Assembly: GCA_030698625.1 (NCBI GenBank) | Contig: JAUYMS010000011.1 | Location: 4,373-68,372 of the forward strand | Length of the DNA stretch: 64,000 nucleotides | Direction of reading: 5' to 3' | From: Candidatus Omnitrophota bacterium | GTDB taxonomy: Bacteria > Omnitrophota > Omnitrophia > Omnitrophales > Aquincolibacteriaceae | In this document: in pieces, positions 18,563-28,554 of the stretch | How the letters are laid out: each line of letters begins with the position of its first letter | Position numbering within the stretch: position 1 is the first letter of the stretch | The notes under the pieces: generated by a model | What the model saw: the letters and a program-made list of their open reading frames with translations, nothing else | Databases searched by the model: none | Told to the model about the DNA's origin: nothing | Program-made: the position numbers and the translations under genes

Positions 18563-20716
18563 TTACGCTCGGGGGGCCCCTTTTTCTTTGGAAAAAACAG
18601 CCAGGCTCCGGTCACGCAGTTTATAGAGCTCGGCCTGTTGGTAATACCGTTCCGCGGGATTGCTTTCGAAGGTATCGAGTACAAGCTTCCAAGAACACTT
18701 AGCCTCTATTTTAGGTAAAGTGAAGTCGATGCCCTTGTGATGAGCGTTCATCAGAACCAGTAATGTATCCCCGTGTATTTGCTTGCCCTGCTCATCCTGT
18801 TCATCAATATGATCTCCTGAAAACAGACCCCCGAAACACCGCACATAATGCTGCCAAGCGTCACCGGTCATTTCAATTCCGGACGGCTCAAACCACATGG
18901 CATCCTTGATTCCTTTGCCGAGGGAATCTTTACCCCGGAAAAATTTGCGGCGCTTGAGAACCGGCTGATTCTTGTGCATGTGGATTACTTTCTTGGCAAA
19001 CTCCAAGAAGTTCCTCTGATGGTCATTCCACAGATTCCAATGATGCCAACTGAGCTCGTTGTCCTGGCAATAAGCGTTATTATTCCCCTGTTGGGACCGG
19101 CTAAGCTCGTCTCCGCCGCTGATCATGGGGACGCCCTGAGAAAGAAAAAGCGTCACAAACATGTTACGCTTCTGCCTTTCCCGGAGCTCAAGGATATCCG
19201 CCTTTTCCGTGGGCCCTTCAACGCCGCAGTTCCAGCTGAGGTTATTATTGTCGCCGTCCTTGTTCTCTTCAAGATTAGCTTCGTTATGCTTGTCATTGAA
19301 TGTCACAAGGTCCTGCAAAGTAAAACCGTCGTGGCATGTCACAAAATTGATGCTCGCATAAGGATGCCTGCCGTCATCTTCATAGAGGTCGCTCGAGCCG
19401 CAAAGCCTGGTCGCAAATTCAGAGGCCGTACCTCCGTCTCCCTTCCAGAATCCGCGGACACAATCCCGGTATTTTCCGTTCCATTCCGTCCACCCCGGCG
19501 GAAAATTGCCGACCTGATACCCGCCCTCCCCGACATCCCAAGGTTCCGCAATGAGCTTCACCTGACTGATGACCGGGTCCTGGTGGATGATGTCAAAGAA
19601 TCCGCCCAACTTATCAACCGCAAACAGCTCGCGGGCAAGCGTACTGGCCAAGTCAAACCGAAATCCGTCCACATGCATCTCTAAGATCCAATAGCGCAAG
19701 CTGTCCATAATGAGCTGCAGCACGCGGGGATGTCTCATGTTTTGACTGTTTCCGCAGCCCGTGAAATCCTCATAATAGCGCTTATTCTTATCGCTCAACC
19801 GGTAATAACATAGATTATCGATTCCCCTAAACGAGAGAGTGGGACCTAATTGATTTCCCTCGGCGGTATGGTTGTAGACAACATCTAGAATCACTTCGAT
19901 GCCTGCCGCATGCAGGATTTTTACCATGCCTTTAAACTCTTGGATACCGCCCTGCGGGGTCCGGTCTGCGGCATATCCGACATCCGGGGCAAAATACGAC
20001 AGCGTGTTATAGCCCCAATAATTGGTCATCCCCTTATCGCTAAGGTGTTTTTCGTTTACGTGATGGTGGACCGGCATAAGCTCTACTGCCGTAACCCCGA
20101 GATCTTTAAAATGTCGGAGAACAGGATCCGAGGCCAATCCCGCATAGGTGCCGCGCAAATGTTCGGGAATCTGGGGATGCAGCTTTGAAAAACCTTTGAC
20201 ATGCAACTCATAAATGATGGTTTCATGCCAAGGAATGCGCAAGCGCTTATCACATCCCCAATCGAATTCAGGGTTAATCACTGCGGCGAGGGGCGCATAA
20301 GCCGCATTGTCCCGTCTGTCCATGGTGAGGTCCTTACGAGCGCCGTCAAGCTTATAGCCAAACATTTCGTCGCGCCAATCGACGCGCCGGCCGATCACCT
20401 TGGCATAAGGGTCTAAGAGAACTTTGTGGCCGTTAAAGCGATGGCCCTCTTTTGGGGCATAGCGGCCGTACACACGATAACCGTAGAGCTGCCCGGGTTT
20501 AAGGCCCGGAATATAGCAGTGCCAGATCCAATGGGTGCGTTCTTTCAGCGGAATACGATGAGCTTCATTAGAGGCTTCGGAGGATTCGAAAAGGCAAAGT
20601 GCCACTTTCTCCGCATTCTCTGAAAAGATCGCAAAGTTAACGCCATTTCCATCCCACGTGGCCCCGAGCGGGTAAGGTTTCCCCGGCCAAATTTCCGGAT
20701 CGTTAGTCATAATCAC
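18563..20716 (-). CDS. glgX: glycogen debranching enzyme GlgX (isoamylase-type, GH13)
   Basis: N-terminal PLGATWDGNGVNFAIFSENAEKV (CBM48). GH13 catalytic blocks (GFRFDLAS, EPWD, VTCHDGFTL). 717 aa. Confidence 0.9.
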   Translation of the reverse strand: MIMTNDPEIWPGKPYPLGATWDGNGVNFAIFSENAEKVALCLFESSEASNEAHRIPLKERTHWIWHCYIPGLKPGQLYGYRVYGRYAPKEGHRFNGHKVLLDPYAKVIGRRVDWRDEMFGYKLDGARKDLTMDRRDNAAYAPLAAVINPEFDWGCDKRLRIPWHETIIYELHVKGFSKLHPQIPEHLRGTYAGLASDPVLRHFKDLGVTAVELMPVHHHVNEKHLSDKGMTNYWGYNTLSYFAPDVGYAADRTPQGGIQEFKGMVKILHAAGIEVILDVVYNHTAEGNQLGPTLSFRGIDNLCYYRLSDKNKRYYEDFTGCGNSQNMRHPRVLQLIMDSLRYWILEMHVDGFRFDLASTLARELFAVDKLGGFFDIIHQDPVISQVKLIAEPWDVGEGGYQVGNFPPGWTEWNGKYRDCVRGFWKGDGGTASEFATRLCGSSDLYEDDGRHPYASINFVTCHDGFTLQDLVTFNDKHNEANLEENKDGDNNNLSWNCGVEGPTEKADILELRERQKRNMFVTLFLSQGVPMISGGDELSRSQQGNNNAYCQDNELSWHHWNLWNDHQRNFLEFAKKVIHMHKNQPVLKRRKFFRGKDSLGKGIKDAMWFEPSGIEMTGDAWQHYVRCFGGLFSGDHIDEQDEQGKQIHGDTLLVLMNAHHKGIDFTLPKIEAKCSWKLVLDTFESNPAERYYQQAELYKLRDRSLAVFSKEKGAPRA

Positions 20717-20725
20717 TAATAGGCA

Positions 20726-22300
20726 CTATTCAGGTTGTTTTAACAGCCGTTGAATTCCGTCCAGAGGAACGTCTATCCAACCGGGCCTGTTATTGATTTC
20801 ATAATTCAGTTCATAGACCGCTTTATCCAACTCATAAAAAAAGAGGACGGCTTCATTATCTGCCCTATCGGGACAAAGAAACATTGAGCCCCGATCATTT
20901 CTGCGGAGCACGGAGTCAAAGTAGCCTCTCAAAAACTCCTCACGCATAAATTCTTCAATCACCTCTTTGACGGCATCGACTTCGCTCTTCTGAGCCCCGG
21001 TTTGCTGAATGAACGCCGTCGACGAAACAGCCGCGGCATAACTAAATGAACGCAACATGCCCGCGACGTCCTTAAGAACGCAAGCCTTCTGTTTTCTTTC
21101 TTCAAGCGATCTCAGAGGTTCCCCTTCAAAGTCAAACAGCATCCAGTCCTCAGGCCCCTTCAAGACCTGCCCGAGATGATAATCCCCGTGATAACGGATT
21201 TTCCGAACGTCTCTTTCACAAAGCAGACTCAGGCTTGAGGCGGCGGATTTTAAACGCTCTTCCTGGCCAATGAGTTCCTGTAATCGTTTCCCGGAATCCG
21301 AGCGAAAATCTGCCTTCTTCTTAACGATCCCCGTGACTTGGTCGATCAGTTTGAAATAACCGCCCTTCCAGGCTTCCAAGTCACGCTTGGTTATAGCCTC
21401 GGGCGAGAATCTTTCATCGCGGCTATCACCGGCCAGTGTCCTGTGGAGTTCTGCGGTCAGCTGCCCGATCCTGTATAAGTTTTGTAACAGATTTTTCAAG
21501 ACGACCCGGAGGTCTTTTTGAACGCTCTCTTGAAATTCGGGCCCCATGAATTGCGGGTAAACGTTCTTGAGCTCTTCGACGACATACCCCCAACCATCGG
21601 AGGAGGCCTTAATGAAGCCTACCATCAAGGCAAGAGAGCTCGGCGGCTCTCCTTTTGATTCATAAACGATGTCTGCGGCTAACTGGGGCACATAGGTGTA
21701 GTGATTCCTTTTCAGGAAATCCAGCATTTCCACTTCCGGATTAATGCCCGCGTCCGGTTTTCGATAGACCTTGAGGATGTATTCGTCACGGGCGACAAGG
21801 GATGTATTGCTCTGTTCTGCCGTAAGGCTCCGAATCTGCGAAAGGTCGAGGTCGTTCATTTTGAAATCTTTGCGACGGGGATGAAATTTGAGCCGGCCTT
21901 GACCGGACGCTAATTCAGCCCCGTCACCGATCTTCACGAAAAGCCATTTCCCGAAACTCTTGTCTTTAAACGCATCAAGCACGGTATAACGCGAGGAATC
22001 GACTTGAAAAGAAAGGACCACCTGCTCCTTTTTTTCACCGATGTCCCCGATCACTCCGATTAAGGGAATAAAGTAAACTTCCGGTTCGCCCTCCTCGAAA
22101 TGGAATCGAACCAGCAGCAAAATATAAAAGCGCTTTTCCTCTTCGCATACAATCGAGTCCTGAATGTCAAAGCGTTTGATTTTCCTTTGTTTGCTGCGGA
22201 ACCAGCGTTGATTCCGAACATAGGCAGGCAGAGATGCGTCCGCATTTTTTTGCAGGGTCTCTATCCAGGGGCCAAAGACTTGACTATGGATGGTTGTCAT
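20726..22300 (-). CDS. mak: maltokinase (Mak/Pep2; maltose to maltose-1-phosphate), aminoglycoside-phosphotransferase-like fold
   Basis: C-terminal kinase motifs (GDYHLGQVL...DWMLFDFEGEP). Positioned between treS and glgX as in GlgE-pathway operons. 524 aa. Confidence 0.75.
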   Translation of the reverse strand: MTTIHSQVFGPWIETLQKNADASLPAYVRNQRWFRSKQRKIKRFDIQDSIVCEEEKRFYILLLVRFHFEEGEPEVYFIPLIGVIGDIGEKKEQVVLSFQVDSSRYTVLDAFKDKSFGKWLFVKIGDGAELASGQGRLKFHPRRKDFKMNDLDLSQIRSLTAEQSNTSLVARDEYILKVYRKPDAGINPEVEMLDFLKRNHYTYVPQLAADIVYESKGEPPSSLALMVGFIKASSDGWGYVVEELKNVYPQFMGPEFQESVQKDLRVVLKNLLQNLYRIGQLTAELHRTLAGDSRDERFSPEAITKRDLEAWKGGYFKLIDQVTGIVKKKADFRSDSGKRLQELIGQEERLKSAASSLSLLCERDVRKIRYHGDYHLGQVLKGPEDWMLFDFEGEPLRSLEERKQKACVLKDVAGMLRSFSYAAAVSSTAFIQQTGAQKSEVDAVKEVIEEFMREEFLRGYFDSVLRRNDRGSMFLCPDRADNEAVLFFYELDKAVYELNYEINNRPGWIDVPLDGIQRLLKQPE

Positions 22301-22314
22301 AAAAAACGGCTCAA

Positions 22315-24078
22315 CTACTCACTGGATACGTCAAGCGGACTCGGCACGGAAGGAGCCTTTTCCGAAGTGGCCTCGACTTTAGGCTGGGGCGTTAACCTCA
22401 GCCAGTAAAAGCCATGCGGGCCCAGGGTCAGAAAATAGGGCAGTTCCCCTATCGGAGGAAAGACAATGCCCCCCTGAAGTTCGACCGGCACGAGGCCCTT
22501 ATATTTACTCAGGTCGAGCTCAACAGGCTGAACATATCGGGAAAGATTGTTAACGATCAAAAGCGTTTCATCCTCGTATTGACGGATATAGGCCAAGACC
22601 GATTTATTTTTAGGCTCCAGTAATTCAAGACTCCCGCGGCCGAACGCCTTATACCCTTTCCTTACCTTGATGAGCCGTTTCACCCAATTTAAAAAAGACG
22701 TGGGGATTCGCTGCTGAGCTTCCACATTGACGGCTTGAAAACCAAAAACAGGGTCCACGATTAAAGGGGCATAGAGTTTTGCCGTATCGGCGGCTGAGAA
22801 CCCCGCATTTCGATCCCCCGTCCATTGCATCGGCGTTCTCACGCCGTTGCGGTCTCCGAGATAGATATTGTCTCCCATGCCCAGCTCATCTCCGTAATAA
22901 ATGACGGGGGTGCCCGGAAGACTAAAGAGAAGGCTATTGAGCAGCTCCATTTGCCGCCTTCCGTTACTCATGAGGGGCGCCAACCGCCGGCGAATACCCA
23001 AATTCAGTTTCGCTTTGGGATCTGCGGCATATTCTTTGTACATATAATCACGTTCTTCTGCCGTGACCATTTCCAGAGTCAGTTCATCGTGATTCCGAAG
23101 GAAGAGCGCCCATTGGCAATTCTCCGGCAGATCGGGTGTTTGCCTCATGATGTCAATGATGGGCGTATGATCTTCTTTGCGAATCGCCATGAATATTCGC
23201 GGCATGAGCGGGAAATGAAACGCCATATGGCACTCGTCTCCGTCTCCGAAATAGGGGCGCACATCGGCCGGCCACTGATTGGCCTCCGCCAGCAATATTT
23301 TCTCTTTATACCGCTTGTCAAGACGCTGTCTTAGCGATTTGAGATATTGATGCGTCTCTAACAAATTCTCACAATTGGTCCCTTCGCGTTCAAACAGGTA
23401 CGGCACGGCATCCAGCCGAAAGCCATCCACACCGGTATTGAGCCAGAAGGATAACGTGTCGAGGAGAGCGCGGCAAACGACCGGATTAGAAAAATTCAAA
23501 TCCGGCTGGTGGCTAAAAAAGCGGTGCCAATAGTATTCTTCCGTCACCGGATCGTAGCTCCAGTTCGACTTCTCGGAATCCGTAAATATAATCCGCGCTT
23601 CCTTGTACTTTTTAGGGTCCGTGCTCCACACGTAATAATCCCGCTTTGGCGACTTTTTCGAAGACCTGGCCTCCTGGAACCAGGCGTGCTGATCGGACGT
23701 GTGATTGACAACCAATTCAATTAAAACACGGATGTCCCGATTGTGCGACTCGCGAACAAACCGTTTGAACTCCTTCAAGGTTCCATACTCACGCAGGATC
23801 TTGCGGTAATCGGCAATATCGTAGCCGTCGTCTTTAAGCGGTGACTCATAAAACGGGAGCAGCCAAATGCAATTGATCCCTAAGTCCTGCAGGTAATCCA
23901 ACTTTCGGATTAATCCGGTAAAGTCCCCGATCCCGTCATGATTGGAATCAAAGAACGCCTTGACATGCAATTCGTAAATGATCGCGTCCTTATACCAGAG
24001 GGGATCATCGACAACACCCGTCGTCCGCGTCTTGGTTCTCTTTCTTGCCGTGCCCTGTGCCGCGCTGTGGCTGCTCAT
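22315..24078 (-). CDS. treS: trehalose synthase / maltose alpha-D-glucosyltransferase TreS (GH13)
   Basis: DPLWYKDAIIYELHVKAFFDSNHDGIGDFTGLIRKLDYLQDLGINCIWLLPFYESPLKDDGYDIADY, an almost diagnostic TreS N-terminus. GFRLDAV and NHDELTLEMV catalytic blocks. Confidence 0.9.
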   Translation of the reverse strand: MSSHSAAQGTARKRTKTRTTGVVDDPLWYKDAIIYELHVKAFFDSNHDGIGDFTGLIRKLDYLQDLGINCIWLLPFYESPLKDDGYDIADYRKILREYGTLKEFKRFVRESHNRDIRVLIELVVNHTSDQHAWFQEARSSKKSPKRDYYVWSTDPKKYKEARIIFTDSEKSNWSYDPVTEEYYWHRFFSHQPDLNFSNPVVCRALLDTLSFWLNTGVDGFRLDAVPYLFEREGTNCENLLETHQYLKSLRQRLDKRYKEKILLAEANQWPADVRPYFGDGDECHMAFHFPLMPRIFMAIRKEDHTPIIDIMRQTPDLPENCQWALFLRNHDELTLEMVTAEERDYMYKEYAADPKAKLNLGIRRRLAPLMSNGRRQMELLNSLLFSLPGTPVIYYGDELGMGDNIYLGDRNGVRTPMQWTGDRNAGFSAADTAKLYAPLIVDPVFGFQAVNVEAQQRIPTSFLNWVKRLIKVRKGYKAFGRGSLELLEPKNKSVLAYIRQYEDETLLIVNNLSRYVQPVELDLSKYKGLVPVELQGGIVFPPIGELPYFLTLGPHGFYWLRLTPQPKVEATSEKAPSVPSPLDVSSE

Positions 24079-26216
24079 ATTCTCACTCTCAAAATGTGCA
24101 CGGGTTCCGCTTGAGGATCCAGGCGGATGTAGTTCGCCGGACCTTTCCAGTAGTACTTGTCCCCCGTGATCAGATCTTTAACCTGAAAGGTCTGCCAGTC
24201 TTCAATCCCGAATTTCCATAGCGGCAGAGTCACGAGATCCTCGTGAACATGAAACGGATCCAGGTTGACGACGACGATTATGATGTTGCCGTTGTCTTCC
24301 GTGCGCTTCCCGTAGCAGAGAATATTGTCGTTACACGAACCATAGAACTCCAAATTCTTATAGGAGTGAAGCGCCGCATTTTCTCTGCGGATACGGTTGA
24401 CCCGGGCGATAAAATCCTTGATATTCCCTTCCCGGTCCCAGTCCCTGAATTTGATCTCATATTTTTCAGAATCAAGGTACTCCTCGGAGCCGCCATGGAG
24501 CGGCGTGTTTTCGCACAATTCGAACCCGCTGTAGATCCCATACACGGAAGACAAGGTGGCGGCAAGAGCAAGCCTGATCTTAAACGCCGGACGTCCGCCC
24601 CGTTGCAAATACTCATGCAGAATGTCCGGCGTGTTGACAAAAAAATTGCCCCGAAAATAATGCCGCATTTCTGTTTGGGTCAGCTCTTCAAGATATTGCC
24701 GTAATTCCCATTTTGCGTTCCGCCAGGTGAAATAGGTATACGACTGCGAGAATCCAGCCTTTGCCAGATGCTTCATCACCTTGGGCCGCGTAAAGGCCTC
24801 GGCCAGGAAAAGGACGTCCGGGTGCTCTTCCTGCACTTCCTGAATCAGCCATTGCCAAAATTTAAAAGGCTTTGTATGCGGATTATCCACGCGAAAAATC
24901 TTAACCCCTTTATCAACCCAAAAAAGGACCACGCTTTTAAGTTCTTCCCACAGCGATTCGGCGTCCCCGCAATTAAAGTCGATAGGGTAAATGTCCTGAT
25001 ATTTTTTAGGCGGGTTCTCCGCATAACGGATCGTGCCATCCGGCAGACGGTAGAACCACTCCGGGTGACTCTTGACATACGGATGATCGGGCGAACATTG
25101 ATAGGCCAGATCGAGCGCAATTTCAATATCGTACTCATTGGCCGCTTCGACAAAGTCCGTAAATTCTGCCATCGTCCCAAGCTCGGGATGGATCGCTTTA
25201 TGCCCGCCCTCTTTGGCGCCGATGGCCCACGGTGACCCCGGAGAATCAGGCGTGACCGTCAATGTATTATTAGCTCCTTTACGGTGAGTGGTTCCGATCG
25301 GATGAATCGGCGGGAGGTAGATCACATCAAATCCCATGCGTTTAATATCCGGGAGCCGCTTGAGGCAATCACGGAAAGTGCCGTGCCTTCCCTTCCGTTT
25401 CGCCTGAGAACGCGGGAACAGCTCATACCAAGCACTGTATTCCGCCTGCTTACGGTCCACGGTCAACTGCAACGGCTTGTGATATTCGGACACATTTTTT
25501 CTTATTTCATACTTAGAGGCTAGACTCACGAACTTTTCGCTTCGGAGGATCCGCAGGACTTCATCACTCGCCCCCTCTGAAAGCTTGAACATCCGGCCGA
25601 TGAGCTCCAGATTCTTCTTATCCGCTCCACTGGCTTTTGCCCGGAGAATTTCCAAGTGCTGAATCCCCTCGGCAAGATCACTCTGAACATTCGGGTTCGC
25701 AGGGCATTTCCTCAGCATAAACTGCACCCAGGTCGCAATCGGGTCCACCCAGGCTTCGACGGAGTACACATATTGCCGATTCTCATCCGGGATAAAAAAA
25801 CCACGCCACCTGTCATTATCACCCTTGACCATGGGTGATAAATCCCAGGAAGTACTTTCGGCGCTTCGATACTTGATGGCGGCCTTCAGAACATCGTGGC
25901 CGTCTTTAAAAATGTCGGCCTCGACATAAAAAGTCTCCCCCACGACGCATTTTACGGGAAAAAGTCCCTGATCGACTGCCGGCGCGATATTTTCAACAAT
26001 GATCGACGCTGCCTCTTTTCGGAGCATTGAATGCTCGGCTTCGGGAATGTTCATCCAACGGCCTTCTGCCGGCAAAACGACCTCACGAGCCGCTTCTGCC
26101 TTGCTGTTTCCGTTTTTTCCGCTCTGATTATTCTTTCTGGCCATGGGCCTCTTTCGGCTTTTTTCGCTCTCTTTTTTGCGGGGCCTGTTTATGAAATTTA
26201 AATACGTTGGCTGCAA
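24075..26216 (-). CDS. glgE: alpha-1,4-glucan:maltose-1-phosphate maltosyltransferase GlgE (true start probably the internal Met near 26144)
   Basis: GlgE-specific blocks (FRVDNPHTKPFKFWQWLIQEV, LFLAEAFTRPKVMKHLAKAGFSQSYTYFTWRN). The longest ORF overlaps the glgB 3' end by 89 nt, whereas MARKNNQ at about 26144 gives a 17-nt overlap. Confidence 0.9.
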   Translation of the reverse strand: MQPTYLNFINRPRKKESEKSRKRPMARKNNQSGKNGNSKAEAAREVVLPAEGRWMNIPEAEHSMLRKEAASIIVENIAPAVDQGLFPVKCVVGETFYVEADIFKDGHDVLKAAIKYRSAESTSWDLSPMVKGDNDRWRGFFIPDENRQYVYSVEAWVDPIATWVQFMLRKCPANPNVQSDLAEGIQHLEILRAKASGADKKNLELIGRMFKLSEGASDEVLRILRSEKFVSLASKYEIRKNVSEYHKPLQLTVDRKQAEYSAWYELFPRSQAKRKGRHGTFRDCLKRLPDIKRMGFDVIYLPPIHPIGTTHRKGANNTLTVTPDSPGSPWAIGAKEGGHKAIHPELGTMAEFTDFVEAANEYDIEIALDLAYQCSPDHPYVKSHPEWFYRLPDGTIRYAENPPKKYQDIYPIDFNCGDAESLWEELKSVVLFWVDKGVKIFRVDNPHTKPFKFWQWLIQEVQEEHPDVLFLAEAFTRPKVMKHLAKAGFSQSYTYFTWRNAKWELRQYLEELTQTEMRHYFRGNFFVNTPDILHEYLQRGGRPAFKIRLALAATLSSVYGIYSGFELCENTPLHGGSEEYLDSEKYEIKFRDWDREGNIKDFIARVNRIRRENAALHSYKNLEFYGSCNDNILCYGKRTEDNGNIIIVVVNLDPFHVHEDLVTLPLWKFGIEDWQTFQVKDLITGDKYYWKGPANYIRLDPQAEPVHILRVRI

Positions 26217-28482
26217 GCGGCGGTAAATTGAGGCACAGAGAACTTGGCCGGCCCTGGGCGGAGATTGTATCCGAAAAAAAACCGCCGTAATTGCCGACCC
26301 CGCTGCCTCCGTACTCCACCGCGTCGCTGTTTACCAGTTCCTGGTAATACCCCTGAAGCGGGACACCGACCCGGTAGCGCATCCTCGGAGTCGGCGTCAT
26401 ATTGTAAGTAAACAAGAGGAGTTCCTTCCGGTCTCTTGACCACCGGATCCAACTGAGCACGCTCGCATCGGTATCACGAAAATCAATCCACTCAAACCCC
26501 GCACTGTCAAAATCAAGTTCGTAAAAGGCCGGGTGCTTTTTGTAAAGTCGTTGCAGGTCTTTGACAAAGAGAGCGAGCTTCTTGTGCAAGTCGTAATTCA
26601 GGAGATCCCAGTCCATCGAGGCGCAGGCACTCCACTCGCGTCTTTGTCCGATATCATCGGTCATAAAGTTCAGCTTCTTCCCCGGGTGGCCAAACATATA
26701 CCCGAAGAAAAGACGGGTGTTCGCAAATTTTTGCCACTCATCGCCCGGCATTTTTTCCACGAGCGACCGCTTGCCGTGGACAACCTCATCGTGAGAAATC
26801 GGTAGAACAAAATTCTCAGAAAAAGCATACACGAGCGAAAAGGTCAGAAGGCCCTGATGATACTTTCTGTAAACCGGGTCCTTTGAGAAATATTCCAGCG
26901 CGTCATGCATCCACCCCATGTTCCATTTCATGCTAAAACCCAGGCCGCCCAGGTAGGTCGGGTGCGAAACACCCGGCCAAGACGTAGACTCTTCGGCGAT
27001 GGTGAGGACTCCGGGGTGGCGGCTGTGGACCGTTTCATTAAATTGTTTTAAAAAATCGACCGCCTCCAGATTTTCACGTCCGCCGAAGCGATTCGGTTCC
27101 CACTGCCCCTCATCCCGGGCATAATCCAAATAGAGCATCGAAGCCACGGCATCCACGCGAAGCCCGTCGATGTGGTATTTCTCGAGCCAAAACAGGGCAT
27201 TCGATATGAGAAAGTTCCTAATTTCATTTTTTTCGTAATCGAAAACAAATGTCCCCCACTCTTTGTGCTCTCCTTTTTTCCAATTGGCGTAGGCATAAAT
27301 CTGCTCGCCGTCAAAGTCCGCCAAACCATGCGCGTCTCTCGGGAAATGACCTGGCACCCAGTCCAGAATCACGCCGATATCGTTCCGGTGACAATAGTCC
27401 ACAAAGTACATGAATTCCTCAGGGCTTCCAAAACGGCTCGAGGGGGCGTAGTACCCGATCACTTGATAGCCCCAGGATTCATCAAGCGGGTGTTCCGCTA
27501 TAGGCAGAAGCTCGAGGTGGGTATACCCCTGCCCCTTGGCGTAATCAACCAGCTGATGAGCGAGTTTTTTATAATTCAGAAATCCCCAATCTGTTTGCTC
27601 GTCCCGACGCCAGGAACCCAGATGAACTTCATAAATGGATACGGGTGAATTCAAAGTATCTTTCTTGGGGCGGGACGTCATCCATTTTCCGTCACGCCAT
27701 TTGTGCGAATCAAGATCCGCCACGACTGATGCGGTTTGAGGTCTTAACTCGGAACCAAAGCCATAAGGGTCGGCCTTAAGGCGGATCTCGTTATCGACGG
27801 AGGATTTAATGGCAAATTTATAGTTCATACCGGGCCTTAACCCCGGAATAAAAAGTCCCCACACGCCGGAAAAATGAACGCGTGACATCGGATGGGTCCC
27901 CGGCCGCCAAAAGTTAAAATCCCCTACGACACTGATGGATTTTGCGTTTGGCGCCCACACCGCAAAATGGACGCCCGATACTCCCTTAAAAGTCCGAACT
28001 CGGGCGCCAAATTTCTCAAAACTCTTAAAGTGACTTCCCTGACCGATAAGATAAAGGTCATAATCCGTGATTTCCGTTTGAAACGCGAAGGGGTCTTCCC
28101 TCTCCTCGACATGACCGATCTCATCCAGGTAGCCGATCTTGTAGTCGGCGATCTCCGTCTGACCTTCGATAACCGCTTGAAAGAACCCGCCGGGATGGAT
28201 CTTTTCCATCTGCCTTTTGATGCGGGTTTTACCCCGAAACTGAATCCAGGCCTCGTCGGCCCGGGGCAGGAAGGCCCGTATCACCAGGCATTTTTCTTGG
28301 CTGAGCAGATGTGGGCCCAGAGTCTCAAAGGGTTCGGCCTCATCAAAATCGACGATCCTCTGGATTTCCTTTTTTGTCAGAGCGCCGCCCGCGTACTCTT
28401 TCAAGAGCCTGCCCTTTCTGGGTGTTTTTCCCTTTTTCTTCTGAATATCACTCCTCATATCCGATTTTTCCATGGTATTCAT
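26128..28482 (-). CDS. glgB: 1,4-alpha-glucan branching enzyme GlgB (GH13_9)
   Basis: GVHFAVWAPNAKSISVVGDFNFW (CBM48). GLRVDAVASMLY, HDEVVHGK and GHPGKKLNFM blocks. 784 aa. Confidence 0.9.
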   Translation of the reverse strand: MNTMEKSDMRSDIQKKKGKTPRKGRLLKEYAGGALTKKEIQRIVDFDEAEPFETLGPHLLSQEKCLVIRAFLPRADEAWIQFRGKTRIKRQMEKIHPGGFFQAVIEGQTEIADYKIGYLDEIGHVEEREDPFAFQTEITDYDLYLIGQGSHFKSFEKFGARVRTFKGVSGVHFAVWAPNAKSISVVGDFNFWRPGTHPMSRVHFSGVWGLFIPGLRPGMNYKFAIKSSVDNEIRLKADPYGFGSELRPQTASVVADLDSHKWRDGKWMTSRPKKDTLNSPVSIYEVHLGSWRRDEQTDWGFLNYKKLAHQLVDYAKGQGYTHLELLPIAEHPLDESWGYQVIGYYAPSSRFGSPEEFMYFVDYCHRNDIGVILDWVPGHFPRDAHGLADFDGEQIYAYANWKKGEHKEWGTFVFDYEKNEIRNFLISNALFWLEKYHIDGLRVDAVASMLYLDYARDEGQWEPNRFGGRENLEAVDFLKQFNETVHSRHPGVLTIAEESTSWPGVSHPTYLGGLGFSMKWNMGWMHDALEYFSKDPVYRKYHQGLLTFSLVYAFSENFVLPISHDEVVHGKRSLVEKMPGDEWQKFANTRLFFGYMFGHPGKKLNFMTDDIGQRREWSACASMDWDLLNYDLHKKLALFVKDLQRLYKKHPAFYELDFDSAGFEWIDFRDTDASVLSWIRWSRDRKELLLFTYNMTPTPRMRYRVGVPLQGYYQELVNSDAVEYGGSGVGNYGGFFSDTISAQGRPSSLCLNLPPLAANVFKFHKQAPQKRERKKPKEAHGQKE

Positions 28483-28554
28483 TGTAAGCTATTTGTTTAT
28501 ATGGGCTTATGGAAAACCAGCAACCTTATGTTATCACAAAACGCCGAGAATTGC

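Noticed and set aside
18563-18570. GGGGGGCCCC palindrome just downstream of glgX as a terminator
   Set aside because: It has no loop (a 4-5 bp perfect palindrome only) and no flanking U-tract, so it is not a credible hairpin terminator.
18848-19684. 278-aa plus-strand ORF (and similar long antisense ORFs at 43673..44353, 53341..54033, 54506..55216, 27892..28719, 29044..29589)
   Set aside because: Each lies entirely antisense to a confidently identified enzyme gene (glgX, B12-rSAM, FA hydroxylase/ArsS, ArsM, glgB, mgtE). They are low-complexity and Arg/Pro-rich, typical of GC-rich antisense frames. These are shadow ORFs.
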